Assembly (NCBI RefSeq): GCF_004010195.1
Contig: NC_057718.1
Location: forward strand, 85,228,580 to 85,292,579
DNA: 64,000 bases
Origin: Chiloscyllium plagiosum
Taxonomy: Eukaryota
Reading direction: 5' to 3'
The notes beneath the pieces were generated by a model that saw only the letters and a list, made by a program, of their open reading frames with translations, searched no databases and had not been told where the DNA came from. The position numbers were made by a program, and so were the translations under genes. Shown piece by piece: positions 26,194 to 39,568 of the stretch (positions are counted from its first letter, which is position 1; every line of letters starts with the position of its first letter).

Positions 26194-26505
26194 TAGATTA
26201 GATTACTTAGTGTGGATACAGGCCCTTCGGCCCAACAAGTCCACACCGACCCGCCGAAGCGCAACCCACCCAAGACCTATTCCCTTACATTTACCCCTTT
26301 GCCTAACACTACGGACAATTTAGCATGGCCAATTCACCTAACCTGCACATTTTTTGGACTGTGGGAGGAAACCAGAGCACCCGGAGGAAACCCACGCAGA
26401 CACGGGGAAAATGTGCAAACTCCACACAGTCGCCTGAGGTGGGAATTGAACCCAGGTCTCTGGTGCTGTGAGGCAGCAGTACTAACCACTGTGCCACCAT
26501 GCCGC
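26194..26505 (-). mobile_element. HE1-type SINE
   Basis: Full head-to-tail similarity with the other copies. Confidence 0.85.
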
Positions 26506-26649
26506 CACTCCTCCTTTGCTTGAGAGAATCTAATTTAGCATCAAAACTTTCACATCAATATGGCAATGATGTGCTACCTCACAGGATACTTAATTTACTT
26601 AAATTAGACTATCAAGGCAACTCTACTTAAATTAGTCACAAACACTTAC

Positions 26650-26790
26650 CAATAAGTCCAACATCAACTGCTCTATCATAGTAGTAGGAAAATGCATAAA
26701 ATGACAGACTCCCCACTTCTTCAGGTTTATGCATTTTTCTGTAGAGTATTTTTTCTACCCTTGCATAACAGGAATCATAGATGGGTTCTC
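26650..26790 (-). CDS. ENTPD6: ENTPD6 exon
   Basis: 141 nt, (G)EPIYDSCYARVEKILYRKMHKPEEVGSLSFYAFSYYYDRAVDVGLI, containing the FYAFSYYYD motif. Confidence 0.95.
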
Positions 26791-27757
26791 CTAGAAGCAA
26801 AGAGGGGAAAAAAATGAGCTTGGAAAATCAGCTTCAGATTTCACAGATAACAAAAAAAAGTAAGAATACTTCCAGATATACAGTTTGAAAATGGTGTAGG
26901 AAAAATTGAAGACCAGATGTTTCAACACAGAGGAATTCAATTACAGAATTACCAGCAGGCAGGTGGGAGGAATAAATCTCATTTACTGTCCTTAGGAATA
27001 AAGAATATCAGTTTTGGCTACAGAGTGGTTTGTATGTCCCAAATTGCAAGAGGATAACAAGGTATGTAAAATTTGATCTGGCAACTCTTTCCTTATCTAT
27101 TTAAGCAGTCAGTTTATATCCAAGTTTCAATTATTAATTGCACAGTGCAATTCTGGAAGCTCAAACAGAACAATGTTCTATTGTCTCACACACACAACCA
27201 AATACATTTGCTTTACTGACTGAACATTTTCAATCCTGGAATGATTAAATCCTAAGCAGCATCAAGCTTTGTAGACAGATGTAAATGAATCGTTACTTCA
27301 CCCTGCTTCTGTTTCAAAACCGATCAACTGTAACCTAAACATTATGGACATATTATTTCAGTCCATATGTTCCTCCCTCATAACTCAGTGGAAAGGGGTA
27401 ATCACATTTCAGACACGAAATTCAGTACCATTTAATGAATGCATAACTGAAAGAGAGATACATTAATTAACCTGTTATACATTTACAAGAACACAAGTTG
27501 ATCAGTTAGTTCCTGAAATCCATTTCACCATTCAATTAGATCAGGGTTGTCCAGTTTCTCAGCTTCATTTACCTGCCTTGATTCCCAGTCTGGGGAAAGC
27601 ATAGCGAATTGGTTCCTAAGAGCTGACATAGGGACAATGTGCCAAACGGTTTCCTTTCAGTACTGTAAAATTCTGTATTAGTTCACTATTTGTTAGTTTG
27701 CCACAGTATGAGGTGGTTGACAAGCGAAAAATCAAATGCAATTAAATAGACACTTAC

Positions 27758-27859
27758 CTGATTTCTGTCCTTTAACATTGTAAACAATTTCAGCATGCTT
27801 CCATTCTGCTTTATAGTCTGGTGATAAGCAAGAACTTACAAGCTCTTGCCCTTCCTCAG
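27758..27859 (-). CDS. ENTPD6: ENTPD6 exon
   Basis: 102 nt, (S)EEGQELVSSCLSPDYKAEWKHAEIVYNVKGQKS; AG/GTAAGT. Confidence 0.93.
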
Positions 27860-29899
27860 CTGCAAGTGAGAACACAATAAAAGGACAGCATACTTCCAAA
27901 ATCAGAATGTTACAATTGAACTGCACTTTTGCAGACTCCTTAAATAATGTGATTGCTAAATTTATTTGGAATATTTAATGAATATCATTACATTAATTTG
28001 TGCATTTTATTTTGTTCAGTCCATGCATAAAACAAAGTGTCAAAGATCCACAAAGTTTGTACTCTTCTGCAAAACCCTACTGTAACTCTCTAGCAAGCTT
28101 AATGTCTACAAGTCAGATAACTGCATAACGTTATAGAGTCATAGATATCTACAGCACAACAAAAGGCCCATTGAGTTTGCACCATCATAAACCACTTATG
28201 CAAAGCTATTTTTCTGCACTTGGCCCATAGTCTTGTATGCCTTGGCATCGTAAGTGCCTGAAATGTCATGTCTGAAATGCTATGAGGGTTTCTGCCTCTA
28301 CCACACAGGCAAAGACTTCCAGATTCCTACCAACTCTAGGGTAGAAAGCTTTTCCTCACGTTTCCTCTAAACCTTATCTTAAATCTAAGACCCCTGGTCA
28401 CTGAGCCCTTCATTGAAGGGAAAGGTTTCTTGTTTACCCTATCTAAATGCCCTCAATTTGAAAAATTTAAATCACATCCCCTCTCAACTTCCTCTTTTGT
28501 AAACTCTCCAGCCCAGGAAACATCCTATTCTATTTCCTCTGTACCCTCTCCAGTGCTATCACTTCTCTCCCATATAATGTGGATTCCAGAAGAGCACACA
28601 ATAGTGTTAGCTGCAGTTAAACCAGCATTTTTTGCAGTTCCAGCATCACTTCCTTGCTTTTAACCTCAATGCATCAGCTAAGAAAGGCAAGTAGACCATA
28701 TGCCTTTGTAATCACTTCTTCCATTCATCCTGATTTAACATTCTAAACAGTGCTATCTTTTGCCAATTTTCAAGTATTGCACTATGTAAAAGTTACAAAT
28801 AACCTGAATTCAAAACTGATTAGATGGATAGCCTGTGACCTACATTTGTGCAATGTTGTCAATCTTTCCAGTCATTCTTGGTGTTAATTTCATACTTATT
28901 ATATCCTTCATGAAGAGAAACAGCTTACTTTTCCGGTCAATGACCTTTCATCAGACATGGGAGAAGTTACAGATGTAATAAAATTTGACAAAGAGGTGGA
29001 TGAGACAAGGACAAAAGGAATGTGTGAGAGAGGGAAGACAGGAAAGATTGAATGATGGTAGCTTGTCCAATATGGCCAAAGAGAATGGCGATGGGGCAAG
29101 AAAGGAAAACAAGATGTGCCTAAAGCAGGTGAAACGTGCAAAGAACAGGAAACAAAATCTGAAATTGTTGAATTCTGTTGTGGTCTGGAAGGCTGTAAAG
29201 TCCCTAACTGGAAGCTGAGGTGTGTTCCTCAATCTCATATTGAGCCTCATGGAAGGCCATCAAACTGAGGACAGAAATGTCAGTATGAGAGTAAGTTGGA
29301 GAATTAAAAGACAGCCTATAGATTATCAGTTGGTTAACCTATTACCATAAAGAGACACAGAGAAGTCAAGCAAGGGAAAAGCCTAAGATGGATAGTGTGA
29401 AATCGAGAGAAGGGTGAAAAGTAGAAGTTGAGGAACTTTTCCAATTCAGAATGAGTAGTTAACAAATACAGAAATCAAAGTATTGGTCAAAAAAAATGTT
29501 GAGGGAGAAGACCCAACTAGGACTGTAAAATGCAATGTTTCACATTTCCTATTTTAAAAAATGGCAGCCTTGGCTAGTAAAATGAATTAAAGGAGAAATT
29601 GTTCAATGAGATGAAAAGGTCAGACAAAGGAGAGGGCAGTACTCGTGAGAAACTGGTTGAGCCTCAGTGAAGGAAGTAGTAGAGAACCCTTAGACTGTCC
29701 TGGTTTGGGTTGCAGGTGTGAAGAGTTTGGATATTCATCGTGAAGAAATGATTATTAGGACCAGGAAATTGAAAACTGTTAAAATGATAGAGGGCAATCA
29801 AAAGAACCATGGATATAAATGTAGAGAGACCGGACAAGGAAAGAAAAAGATGGAGTCAAGAGTAGGATAAAATTAGCTTAGTGTGGCTGAACTGGAGAA

Positions 29900-30212
29900 G
29901 CAGTAGCATAATGGTAATGTCAATGGTCTAGCATTCAAGATTCCCCAGTGTCCTGGGGAGTGTATTCAGTAAATCTGGAATAAAGAACTGGCTCAATGAT
30001 GGCCATGTCACCACTGTCAATTGTTGTAAAAACCCATCTAGTTCACAAATACTCATTAGAGAAGGAATCCTTACTTGGTCGGGCCTACAGGACTACGTGA
30101 TTGGTGTTGTATAGGTGTACATATGGTTGACTCTTAATTGCATTCTGGCCAGTTAGGGAGGGGCAATAAATGCCAGCCTAGACAGTGAAGCAGACATCCC
30201 ATGCATGAATAA
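29900..30212 (+). mobile_element. Older SINE-like repeat
   Basis: tRNA-like head (gcataatggtaatgtc). Core shared with about 61155-61320; the gggcaataaatgc tail resembles 59364-59395. Confidence 0.45.
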
Positions 30213-31418
30213 AGCAGCACAGAAATGGTGGGGCAGTTCTGCTTATTGATATTGGGAAGGAGGTAGAGACTTGTTATTTTAATTCTCTACCTTGCTCTCA
30301 TATTGGTCTTGCCCTTGACTAATGCACTGGCCTAGTGAAGCTCAACATTATCTTAAGTAGTAGCCCCTCATCTTTTGATTAGGCACTTTACAGTCTTCCA
30401 AACTCTATGTTGAGTTCAACAATTTCAAACCATAAACTGTCTTCCCATTTTCTTGTGTTTTGCTTGCATGCTTTGGCTTTTCTCTTATTTTTGTTTTGGA
30501 CAGTACCATACCTTATTTCTTTTCTTGTCCCAATACCATTCCCTTTGACCATGTAAAATTAATTCTTGGCATTCATTCACCTGTCTTCTACTCTATCACA
30601 GATTTCCTTTTGTCCCTGTCTATTACTTAAATCCTGTTACCTTTTTCCACTTATCATAAAATGTACGTAATCTGAAATGTGTACTCAGTTTCTCTTTCCA
30701 CAGATGCTGCTAGATCTGCTATTTTCAAGATTTTCTATTCTTGCCAGTACTGACTTTGTCACCTCAGATACAAATGATGTAATCTATTTTTCCAAAACCC
30801 CACCATCGAACAGGTGCCACAAGAACAGGTAGTTCTCACTGAAAAAATGGGCAATTTGGTAACAATGGAGCTGGTATAGCAAAAACAGAACTGTACGGCA
30901 CAAGGTTTGTTGACCGATTACAAGGTTATTTGAAAGCAACTTAAAAAAAAATTCATTTTGCAAATGTTGCGCACAAAGCTAGCATTCCTCAACACCCCAG
31001 GGGGTAGTAGTGGACGTCATCTTCTTGAAATGCTGCTGGTTGAGTGGTGAAGATATGCCCACAGTATTGTTAAATAAGAATTTGAGAAGTTTGACTCAAT
31101 GATGACAAAGGAATAGCAATATAGGTCAGAGCTAGAATAGTACATGACATGTAGTTGGGTGGTGTTCCCACAAGCCAGTGTAAATGTGCTAACTTCATGC
31201 ACAAGTCCTAGGCCCTTCTATAATGTTGGGAAGGAAAAGTGTCAGAGGCAGAGGATTACAGTAGATAAGAAAGGGGGTGAGGGAGAATTAGCTATGCAGC
31301 TTCCAGCACTCCCACTGTCCTTTACCTTATGGAATAAAGCAGGCTTAAGTAGTCTTACTTTGAGCAATTACTGGTGTTCACCTTGAAAAATAAGGAAGTG
31401 TGAGTTAAGCTAACTTAC

Positions 31419-31483
31419 ATGGTCTACCTTCAGTTCCTCCTAAAATCGCCAGTCTTGCTGACATCAAGCCAAATCCTAGGTAA
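31419..31483 (-). CDS. ENTPD6: ENTPD6 exon
   Basis: 65 nt, YLGFGLMSARLAILGGTEGRP; LMSARLAILGG is ENTPD6-type. Confidence 0.95.
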
Positions 31484-32593
31484 CTGAAAATGGAAAACAA
31501 TGAGTGAAATATATGACAGTAAACTGATTGCCAACACAAAACTCTATTGTTTTTAATATTAATAGATGTTCTAATGAGCTGCTGTCCTTCTTGAAGGATG
31601 AGCAGCTACCCACTTACTCTACTCCACTTATTCTATTAGATAATCCCTTTCTAATATTAAATCATAGCCTACTTAAAAAGTTATAAATTTTGCTTACACA
31701 GTTGGTTACCTGTGAAAAAATTAATAATATTTGATTCTACAATGAACTTAGGGGTTTCTAAGTTTAACTTCCCCTTAAACATGTTAGACAATTGCTTCAC
31801 TCTCTGATAGAATCCAAAGTTTGTTCAATCTTCCCTTTCTTTTGTTCTCTCTAGCTGTTGCTTAATTTCTTTGTAGAAATGGTTGCACCTGAAATATGCA
31901 GATGGATCTTAGTAGCTGTTTTTATATGGCAGTGCCCTGTCATCTGTGTTGGGGGCACAGATTGAAAATATAAAGTTATCGAATAACTGCACAAACAAAT
32001 GGTTTAACAGACAGACAATGCACCAGATGTCCATCCTATCTTTCAGAACATAGATCCAGACATTGCAGCTAATTTCTAACATGTTTCAGCATCTTGTACC
32101 TTCTATTTAGTAGGTACATATGAAGGCATTATACTATACTGTACACATCCCTACTGCCCATCCTGTGAATTTTGTTTCTGTTTTCAACCTGAAGATTGCA
32201 CTATTCAGTAAAACATATTTCACGTGAAGAGTTTTTAAAGATATTATAGATTAAAAATATTGCATGAAAATGTACTGACACCTTAGTGAAGTGATTAACT
32301 CAACAGAGAAAGGAATTTGATCAGGATTTCCTCAAATAAAATTAACAAAATTGTGTGTGCAGCTATTCGATAACTTTATATTTTAGCTACTAAGATCCAT
32401 CTGCATATTGCAGGTGCAACCGTAATGCAGGTGCACCAACAGTGACAGGAGTAGGAAGACAAGGAAAACTACACTTAAAATGCTGTATACATTTAATATT
32501 AATTTGAAGAAAATAACTTCGATTCAAGTTATTTTTAGCATATTTAATCATGACACATGATGTAGTAGAACCAGAAAGGACAATAGTACTAAC

Positions 32594-32673
32594 CTATGAG
32601 AGTAGACTGTGTAAGTGCTATTGAACATCTGAATTGAGGTAATATAGTTAACAGGAGAGGTCTGGAGTGTTAT
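32594..32673 (-). CDS. ENTPD6: ENTPD6 exon
   Basis: 80 nt, ITLQTSPVNYITSIQMFNSTYTVYSH(S); AG/GT. Confidence 0.93.
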
Positions 32674-33937
32674 CTGTGGGAAAAGTCGAAATGTTACTCA
32701 AAATGACTGCAATTCTAAAGGATAAGACCGATAATAGAAGCACAATATTTCACTGTACCCAAGTGTACAATATAAAAATCAAACAACTTTCACTTTTGAG
32801 AACAAAGGCCAAAGACTACATGTTTTAGTCAGATATTAAAATCAGAATACAATTCTTAGCCCGACATTTGTTGACTGGAATCAAATTAGAGCAAGTAGTA
32901 TGTACACCATACATTAACACAGTCATTTATTTACTTTTGAAGTGCATTTATTTTTATGCAAGTAAATGCAGAACATTGACTCTCTACTATGCTCACAAAT
33001 AGATGAATAATCTGTTAAACTACTTTTGGTTATCATGACTGGATCTCCCTATCCTCCTTCAAGTAGCACCATGGGATATTTTACAACTCTGGTTGAACAG
33101 CTCATGTGCATCATCAACGCAACAACTGCACTTAGTGTTGATCAGAATATACTGTGTTAAAGTCTCAATTTAGGCCTTGACCCACAACCAAATGTAAAAA
33201 GAGATATTATTTTGTCTGGGATATATTTTAAGGTGATTACATTGAGCTGCAATAAAGAAAACCTGAGCACGATGACATTGCCACATAACCTTTGTCTTCA
33301 TATAATTTTCATATTTCAGCATCTAAAGGAAGTGCACATTTAAGGCAGCAGTGAAAAGCATGAATATGTCAATCTGCAAAATGAAGTTGTGACATTGACA
33401 AAATTGTAAGACAAAAAAATCTTCCCTTTTTCACAAGCACAATTCTCTTGCTGAAACCAGTAGGGCTACTATGTCATAACAGCACCCTTCACTTTTTTGT
33501 TTGAAGGCCAGCTGAGAATAGAAAATCTTTGTGAGGAAAATCCTGGAAGAGATCCTGCAAATTGCCATTCTTCAGTGAAATACTTCATTGTCCTGCTTCA
33601 TTGGACTCAGTCCAATTTTAGTATATTTTACTGGGCAAGCTACTTAAATCAGAGGTTAAAAAACAAAACTTGACTAACACCAAAAGCTTGTTCCATCTAA
33701 CCTTCTGTTCACAAAAACAAAAGCTTTTCTGTTCATGAGCAAGAACCCTTTCCAAAATATCTTGTGTTGACATGGCAACTGCTGCAGAGCTTCCTGATGC
33801 AGGTTGACTTGGCTCTGCAGGATAATTTGGTAGGACATGGTCACAAGCAGAAACTGCACAATTTTTAGGTTGGTTCAAGGGATCACAACATGCAATCCCA
33901 TGGAATCTTAAATAGCTATACAGAATTGCAGTGAAAG

Positions 33938-34510
33938 AAACGGTAACTCAGTAGTTCGCACTGCTGCATCACAGGTCCGGGGAGGCAGATTCGACTCCAG
34001 CCTTGGACAACTGTCTATGTGGAGTTTGCACATTCTCCCGGTGTCTGTGTGGGTTTCCTTCAGGTGCTCCAGTTCCCTTCCACAATCCAAAGATGTACAG
34101 GTTAGGGGAATTGGGCATGCTAAATTGCCTATAGTGTTCAGGATGAGAGAAAGTGAGGACTGCAGATGCTGGAGATCAGAGCTGAAAATGTGTTGCTGGA
34201 AAAGCGCAGCAGGTCAGGCAGCATCCAATGAACAGGAGAATCAATGTTTCGGGCATAAGCCCTTCTTCAGGAATGAGGAAAGTGTGTCCACCAGGCTAAG
34301 ATAAAAGATAGGGAGGAGGACTTGGGGGAGGGGCTTTGGAAATGCGATAGGTGGAGGGAGGTCAAGGTGAGGGCAGGATGTGTAGATTAGGTGCATTAGT
34401 TGGGGTGAATGTAGAGTAATAGGGTAGGGGAATGGGTCTGGGTGGGTTATTCCTCAGAGGTTCGGTGTGGATTTGTTGGGCCAAATGGCCTGTTTCCACA
34501 CTGTAGGGAA
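33938..34510 (+). mobile_element. HE1-type SINE interrupted by a PLE family-1 fragment (34146-34373, -)
   Basis: SINE halves rejoin across the insert; CAGGATG is duplicated at 34139-34145 and 34374-34380. Confidence 0.8.
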
Positions 34511-35446
34511 TCCGTGATGATTCTATGAAACCACCACGAGATGGAAATATAGCTTCAGTTGAGATCTCACAAGAAATTTTAAGTGTTAGGTTATAAAAAC
34601 CGCAGTGGTAATATGTTAAACACAGATTCTGCTTCCGATGTGCAATACAATCAGTAAAGCTGAAAAATAGTAACTAGCATGTTGTGAAACACAAATATAA
34701 TTGTTTTTTAGTCGTATGTTGCCAGATGTCAGCACCACAAACAACAGTGAAACCAATTAAATTCTTCAGAAGTTCTCAGAAAAATACGAAGGACGGATTA
34801 AGGTCTCTGCAGTTGTTTCATTAAAAATATCTTGCACTTAAAGTTAAAAGTTAGGAAACTGATCACATTCCCAATTTTAACAGAAATAGACAGGTCCAGA
34901 ATAAGGAAGGGTAAGAATTGAGGCAAAGCAGACTCAGTGTTAACAACCTAACTTTAAGGATACTTCTCCATTACATCGGATTGTTGAGAGTCAATTCAAA
35001 CTAACCTATGTAGCAGCACGAAATATTAATATTCTGACCATTTCAGTCGGATTCCGAATCCATTTTGAGGATGGACAAAGAATACACAACCAGCATTCCC
35101 ATTATATCACACACACACACACCTCCCAACCAAATTCAGGATAATAAAATTCAGTTCCAATTTTAAGCATGAGAATGTGCCACAATCATCTTAAACCCAT
35201 TAACTTTATTATAAATCTGAATCATCACAGGATCTCCATGATCCACCATTATATATTCTTGAATGCAGAGCTGGAGTGTTGGATGGAGACAAGATTGAAC
35301 TGAGGCATTCTAAAGCAAATTAGACTGTTATTTGAAAAAGCCACAATGCACAGGATTCCAGGGGGAATGGCACCAAGTGAAACAATCACTGAACTAGTAC
35401 AGAAAATGGGTAGAATGGCCTTCTATATAGTAACAACTCAAAGATA

Positions 35447-36230
35447 TTAGATTAGATTCCCTACAGTGTGGAAACAGGCCCTTCAGCCCAACAAGTCCAC
35501 ACCGACCCTCCGAAAAGTAACCTACCCGGACCCATTTCCCTCTGATTAATGCACTGAACACTATGGGAAAGTGAGGTCTGCAGACGCTGGAGATCAAAGC
35601 TGAAACTTTATTGCTGGAACAGCACAGCAGGTCAGGCAGCATCCAGGGAACAGAAGATTCGACGTTTCGGGCACATGCCCTTCTTCAGGAATGAGCAGAG
35701 AGTGTTCAGCAGGAGAAGATAAAAGGTAGGGAGGAGGGACTTGGAGGAGGGGCGTTGGAAATGTGATAGGTAGAAAGAGGTCAAGGTGAAGGTGATAGGT
35801 CGGAGTAGGGTGGAGGCGGAGAGGTCAAGAAGAAGACTGCAGGTCAGGAAGGCGGTGCCGGGCTGGAGGGATTCGGCTGAGACAAGGTGGGGGGAGGGGG
35901 GATGAAGAAACTGGTGAAGTCCAAGTTCATCCCCTGTGGTTGGAGGGTTCCCAGTCGGAAGATAAGACGCTCCTCCTCCGACCGTCGCGTTGTTGTGGTT
36001 TGGCGGTGGATGAGTCCAATGACCTGCACTATGAGCAATTTAGCATGGCCAATTCACCTGGCCTGTACACCTTTGGATTGTGGGAGGACACTGAAGCACC
36101 CAGAGGAAACCCACGCAGACACAGGGAGAACGTGCAAACGCCATACAGATAGTTGTCAGAGGCTGGAATCGGACCTGGGTCCCTGGTGCTGTGAAGCAGC
36201 AGTGCTAATCACTGAGCCACCATGCTGCCA
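35447..36230 (-). mobile_element. HE1-type SINE interrupted by a PLE family-1 3' fragment (35566-36026, -)
   Basis: CACTATG duplicated at 35559-35565 and 36027-36033. The insert encodes RRSEEERLIFRLGTLQPQGMNLDF (GIY-YIG C-terminus). Confidence 0.85.
35657..35692 (-). ncRNA. Intact minimal hammerhead ribozyme motif (family 1)
   Basis: Minus strand AUUC-CUGAAGA-A-GGGCAUGUGCCC-GAAA-CGUC-GAAU. 4-bp stem I, stem II, palindromic ACGU stem III and GUC cleavage triplet. Confidence 0.85.
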
Positions 36231-37124
36231 TATCACTCATTGACATTTAGATGAGATATAAAGATAAACATGTGGATAAGGAACCTGATTAGGCAGGAAA
36301 ATGGGAAAAGGAAATCGTTCAGTACGTTGAGCCTGTTCTGCCACTCAATTAGATTGTTGTTGATCTGCACCTCTTTTCATTTAGCACCATTTTCTCAAAT
36401 TTCTTAACATATCAAAGCTTTATTACTCAGTCTGGAACATTTCAATTGACCCAGCATCCGTACTGTGCGCGTGTGTGTTGGGCAAGTTGGGGCGTGTGTT
36501 AAAATATTCTACATTCGCTTTGCCTCAAGTGAAGATTGCTCAATTTCTCTCAACATTACAATAAATTTTAAGAATGTGCATCCTTAATCAAAACTCCCCA
36601 CCAGAAAAAAAATGGCTATGTTGTAACGACCTTGTCAAGTCATTTCAGTATCACAAACATCTCGAATTGATCACCTCTTACCCTTAACTTATTTTCTCCT
36701 GAGCCAGTCTGAGGCCAAATCATACAATACACAATTTTGGTGTTGTGGTTTACACTGTTTTAACCTGCTTATCCACTGTCCAACACAGAATAGCTTCCTA
36801 TCTGCTCACCAAAACCACCTCTCTCCATCTCAAACATCACTTAGCTCAGCCTCAGCTTCAGTTTCATCAGAGCTTCACCACCATGAGCCCTCACTATTCT
36901 AATGTCCGCTTGAGTCAGCTTCCATCTACCGCCCTTATCCTGCTTTACACCAAGTTCCACTAACATCTTTACTTGAAATGTCTGTTTTCCTTCTCCTCGG
37001 ATGCTGCCTGACCTGTTGTGCTTTTCCAGCACCACACTAATCTCCAGCATCTGCAGTACCCACTTCAACCTCATGCTTGCTGATCAACACTGGGTCCCTA
37101 TACAATGTTCAGATTTTAAAATAC

Positions 37125-39270
37125 AGCAAAAATCACATGACATCAGGTTATAGTCCAATGGGTTTATTTGAAAACACTAGCTTTCAGAGTGCTGTTCCTT
37201 CATCAAGTGCTAGTGAAAGGAGACCTTAGACATAAAATGTAGAAGGAAAAGATCAAATGGTCTTACAACTCATATAAATGAACTGAACACACCTAAGATG
37301 GCTCTTAAATCTTTAATCAATTAGAATGGAGGGGTAGGTTTCAGTTGATTAATATGCAAATCCCAGAATTTCTTTCAAGTCACTGCCCTGAGATAATTTT
37401 AGGTGTTGTCAATGTAAAAGGAGGTGACCTTAGGCATGAGGTCTTGTTTGGAGTCTGTCTCTTAACCTTGAGTCAGATTGGTTTTCTTTCCAAAGTAGTT
37501 TATAAAATGCTGTCTACAAATTGTGCACTTTTTGAACAAAATAGAATGTATCTACAAATGCAAATTCACCCTACAGATGTGAGAGTGCGCGAGGGAGCGC
37601 GACTGTGTGAGTGTGCTTGTGAGAGACAACGTGTGCACATCTGTGTATAGTGTGGTGGGGTCACCTGTAGTGCGATATGAACCTAAGATCTGGTTGAGGC
37701 AGTCCTCATGGGTACCAAACTTAGCTCTGTTCAGCGACTGTGTGTTCTTGTGTATCCCTAAGTCCGCCTTGGAGGATGTTTACCCAAAGATCCAAAATAC
37801 AAACAATTACATAGTGATACCAACAAGTTTCATCCCACCATCAGGTTTATGGACAATTTTTTTAGAATCAGTCTCATTCTTGGACACACATCTCAAAAAA
37901 GGATGGACACCTCAATACTTCACTCTACCACAAACCTATGGATAACCTTACGATGCTCTACTTTGAGCTTCCATCCTTAACATATCAAAAAAGCCTACCC
38001 TATGGACAAGCCCTCCGCATACACAGGATCTGTTCAGATGAGGAGGAACGTGACAGCACCTGAAGATATTGAAGGGTGCCCTCATAAGAGGAGGATACGA
38101 CACTCGACTCATTGATCGCCACTTTCAATTTGCCATAGTGAAAAACCATAATGACCTCCTCAGAAGACAGTTGTGGGATATGACTGATAGGGTACCCTTT
38201 GTTATCCACGGGAGTGCCATGTTCCTCACAGTCTGCAACACATTATCAATGAGGATGAACACCTCGCCAAGATCTTCCCTACACCTCCATTTCTTGCCTG
38301 TAAACAACCGCCAAACCTTAAACTGACCATTGGTCGTAGCAAACTACCCAGCCTCAGGACATCAAGCACAAGACCATAAAACCCTGTCAGGGCAGCCTCT
38401 GCAAGACATGTCAGAACAACGACACAGATACTACCATTATACAGGAGTACACTGCAGATTCTTATGTGACTCAGCCAACATTGTATATCTCATTCGCTGT
38501 AGGCAAAGATGCCGAGGCACATTATATTGCTAAACCATGCAGATACTATGACAACAAATGAATGAACACTGCAACAAATGCCAGACAGGAATGTTCTTCC
38601 CCCCCCCCCCAGTGTGGGAACATTTCAGTGGTTAAGGACATTTGGCCTTAGATCTTTAGGTAAACGTCCCCCAAGGCAGACTTCAGGATATACAATAATG
38701 CTGAGTCACCCAGCAGAGGTTGATAGCCAAGTTTGGTACCCATGAGGACGGCCTCAACTGGGATCTTTGATTCATGTTGCTCTACAGATGACCTCACCAC
38801 ACTATACACACTCTCACATGCATGCACTCTCACAAACCCTTACACACACACTTACACTTGTGCACACACATTCTCTCTCCCTTGACACACCTATGCACAC
38901 AAATCTGTGGGGTTTGCAAATACTTTCTATTTGTTAAAAAAAAACACGCAATTTGTCGACAGTCATTATGGCATTTTATAAACTCCTAATTTGGAAATAA
39001 AATCAGTCTGACTCCAGGTTAAGACACAGACTCCAAACAGGACTTGACGCCTAAAATACATTGACTGGAGGTGTCAACTCCGTTATATTGATAACACCTT
39101 TAGTGATTTTGGCTTATAAATTCTGTGCCTAAGGTCTTCTTCTCACTAACACCCAATGATGGAGCAGCACCCCAAAAGCTAGCGTTTTCAAACAAACTAG
39201 TTAGACAATAACGTGGTGCTGAGAGATTTTTGACCTTGTCCAACCCAGTCCAAGATTGGCACCACCACAC
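37125..39270 (+). mobile_element. Truncated PLE (family 2) with long inverted pseudo-LTRs
   Basis: About 37125-37792 is a diverged reverse complement of about 38650-39270. The interior has RT C-terminal/GIY-YIG remnants (PYGQALRIHRICS, CDSANIVYLIRC). Confidence 0.8.
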
Positions 39271-39568
39271 TTGAAAACTCTTATCCCGGTTTTCAAATTC
39301 CTTTAAGGACATGCCTCTCCCTCATCTCCTATTGCTCTCCAGCCTTACTGCCCTCAAGATTTCTGCACTCACCCAATTCTGATTTTTTGCGTTTGCCTGA
39401 TTGTAATCACTCCAACACTCACTGCCATGACTTTTGCTATGTTGAGCATACTCAAGTTCTCAGACTGTACTTTCCACCGCTCTCCTCCTTATGTGGCTCA
39501 GTTTCAGACTTAGTTTGATAAAGCTGCTGTCAAGTATCTTGGGATTACATTGAAGGATCTGTGAAATT

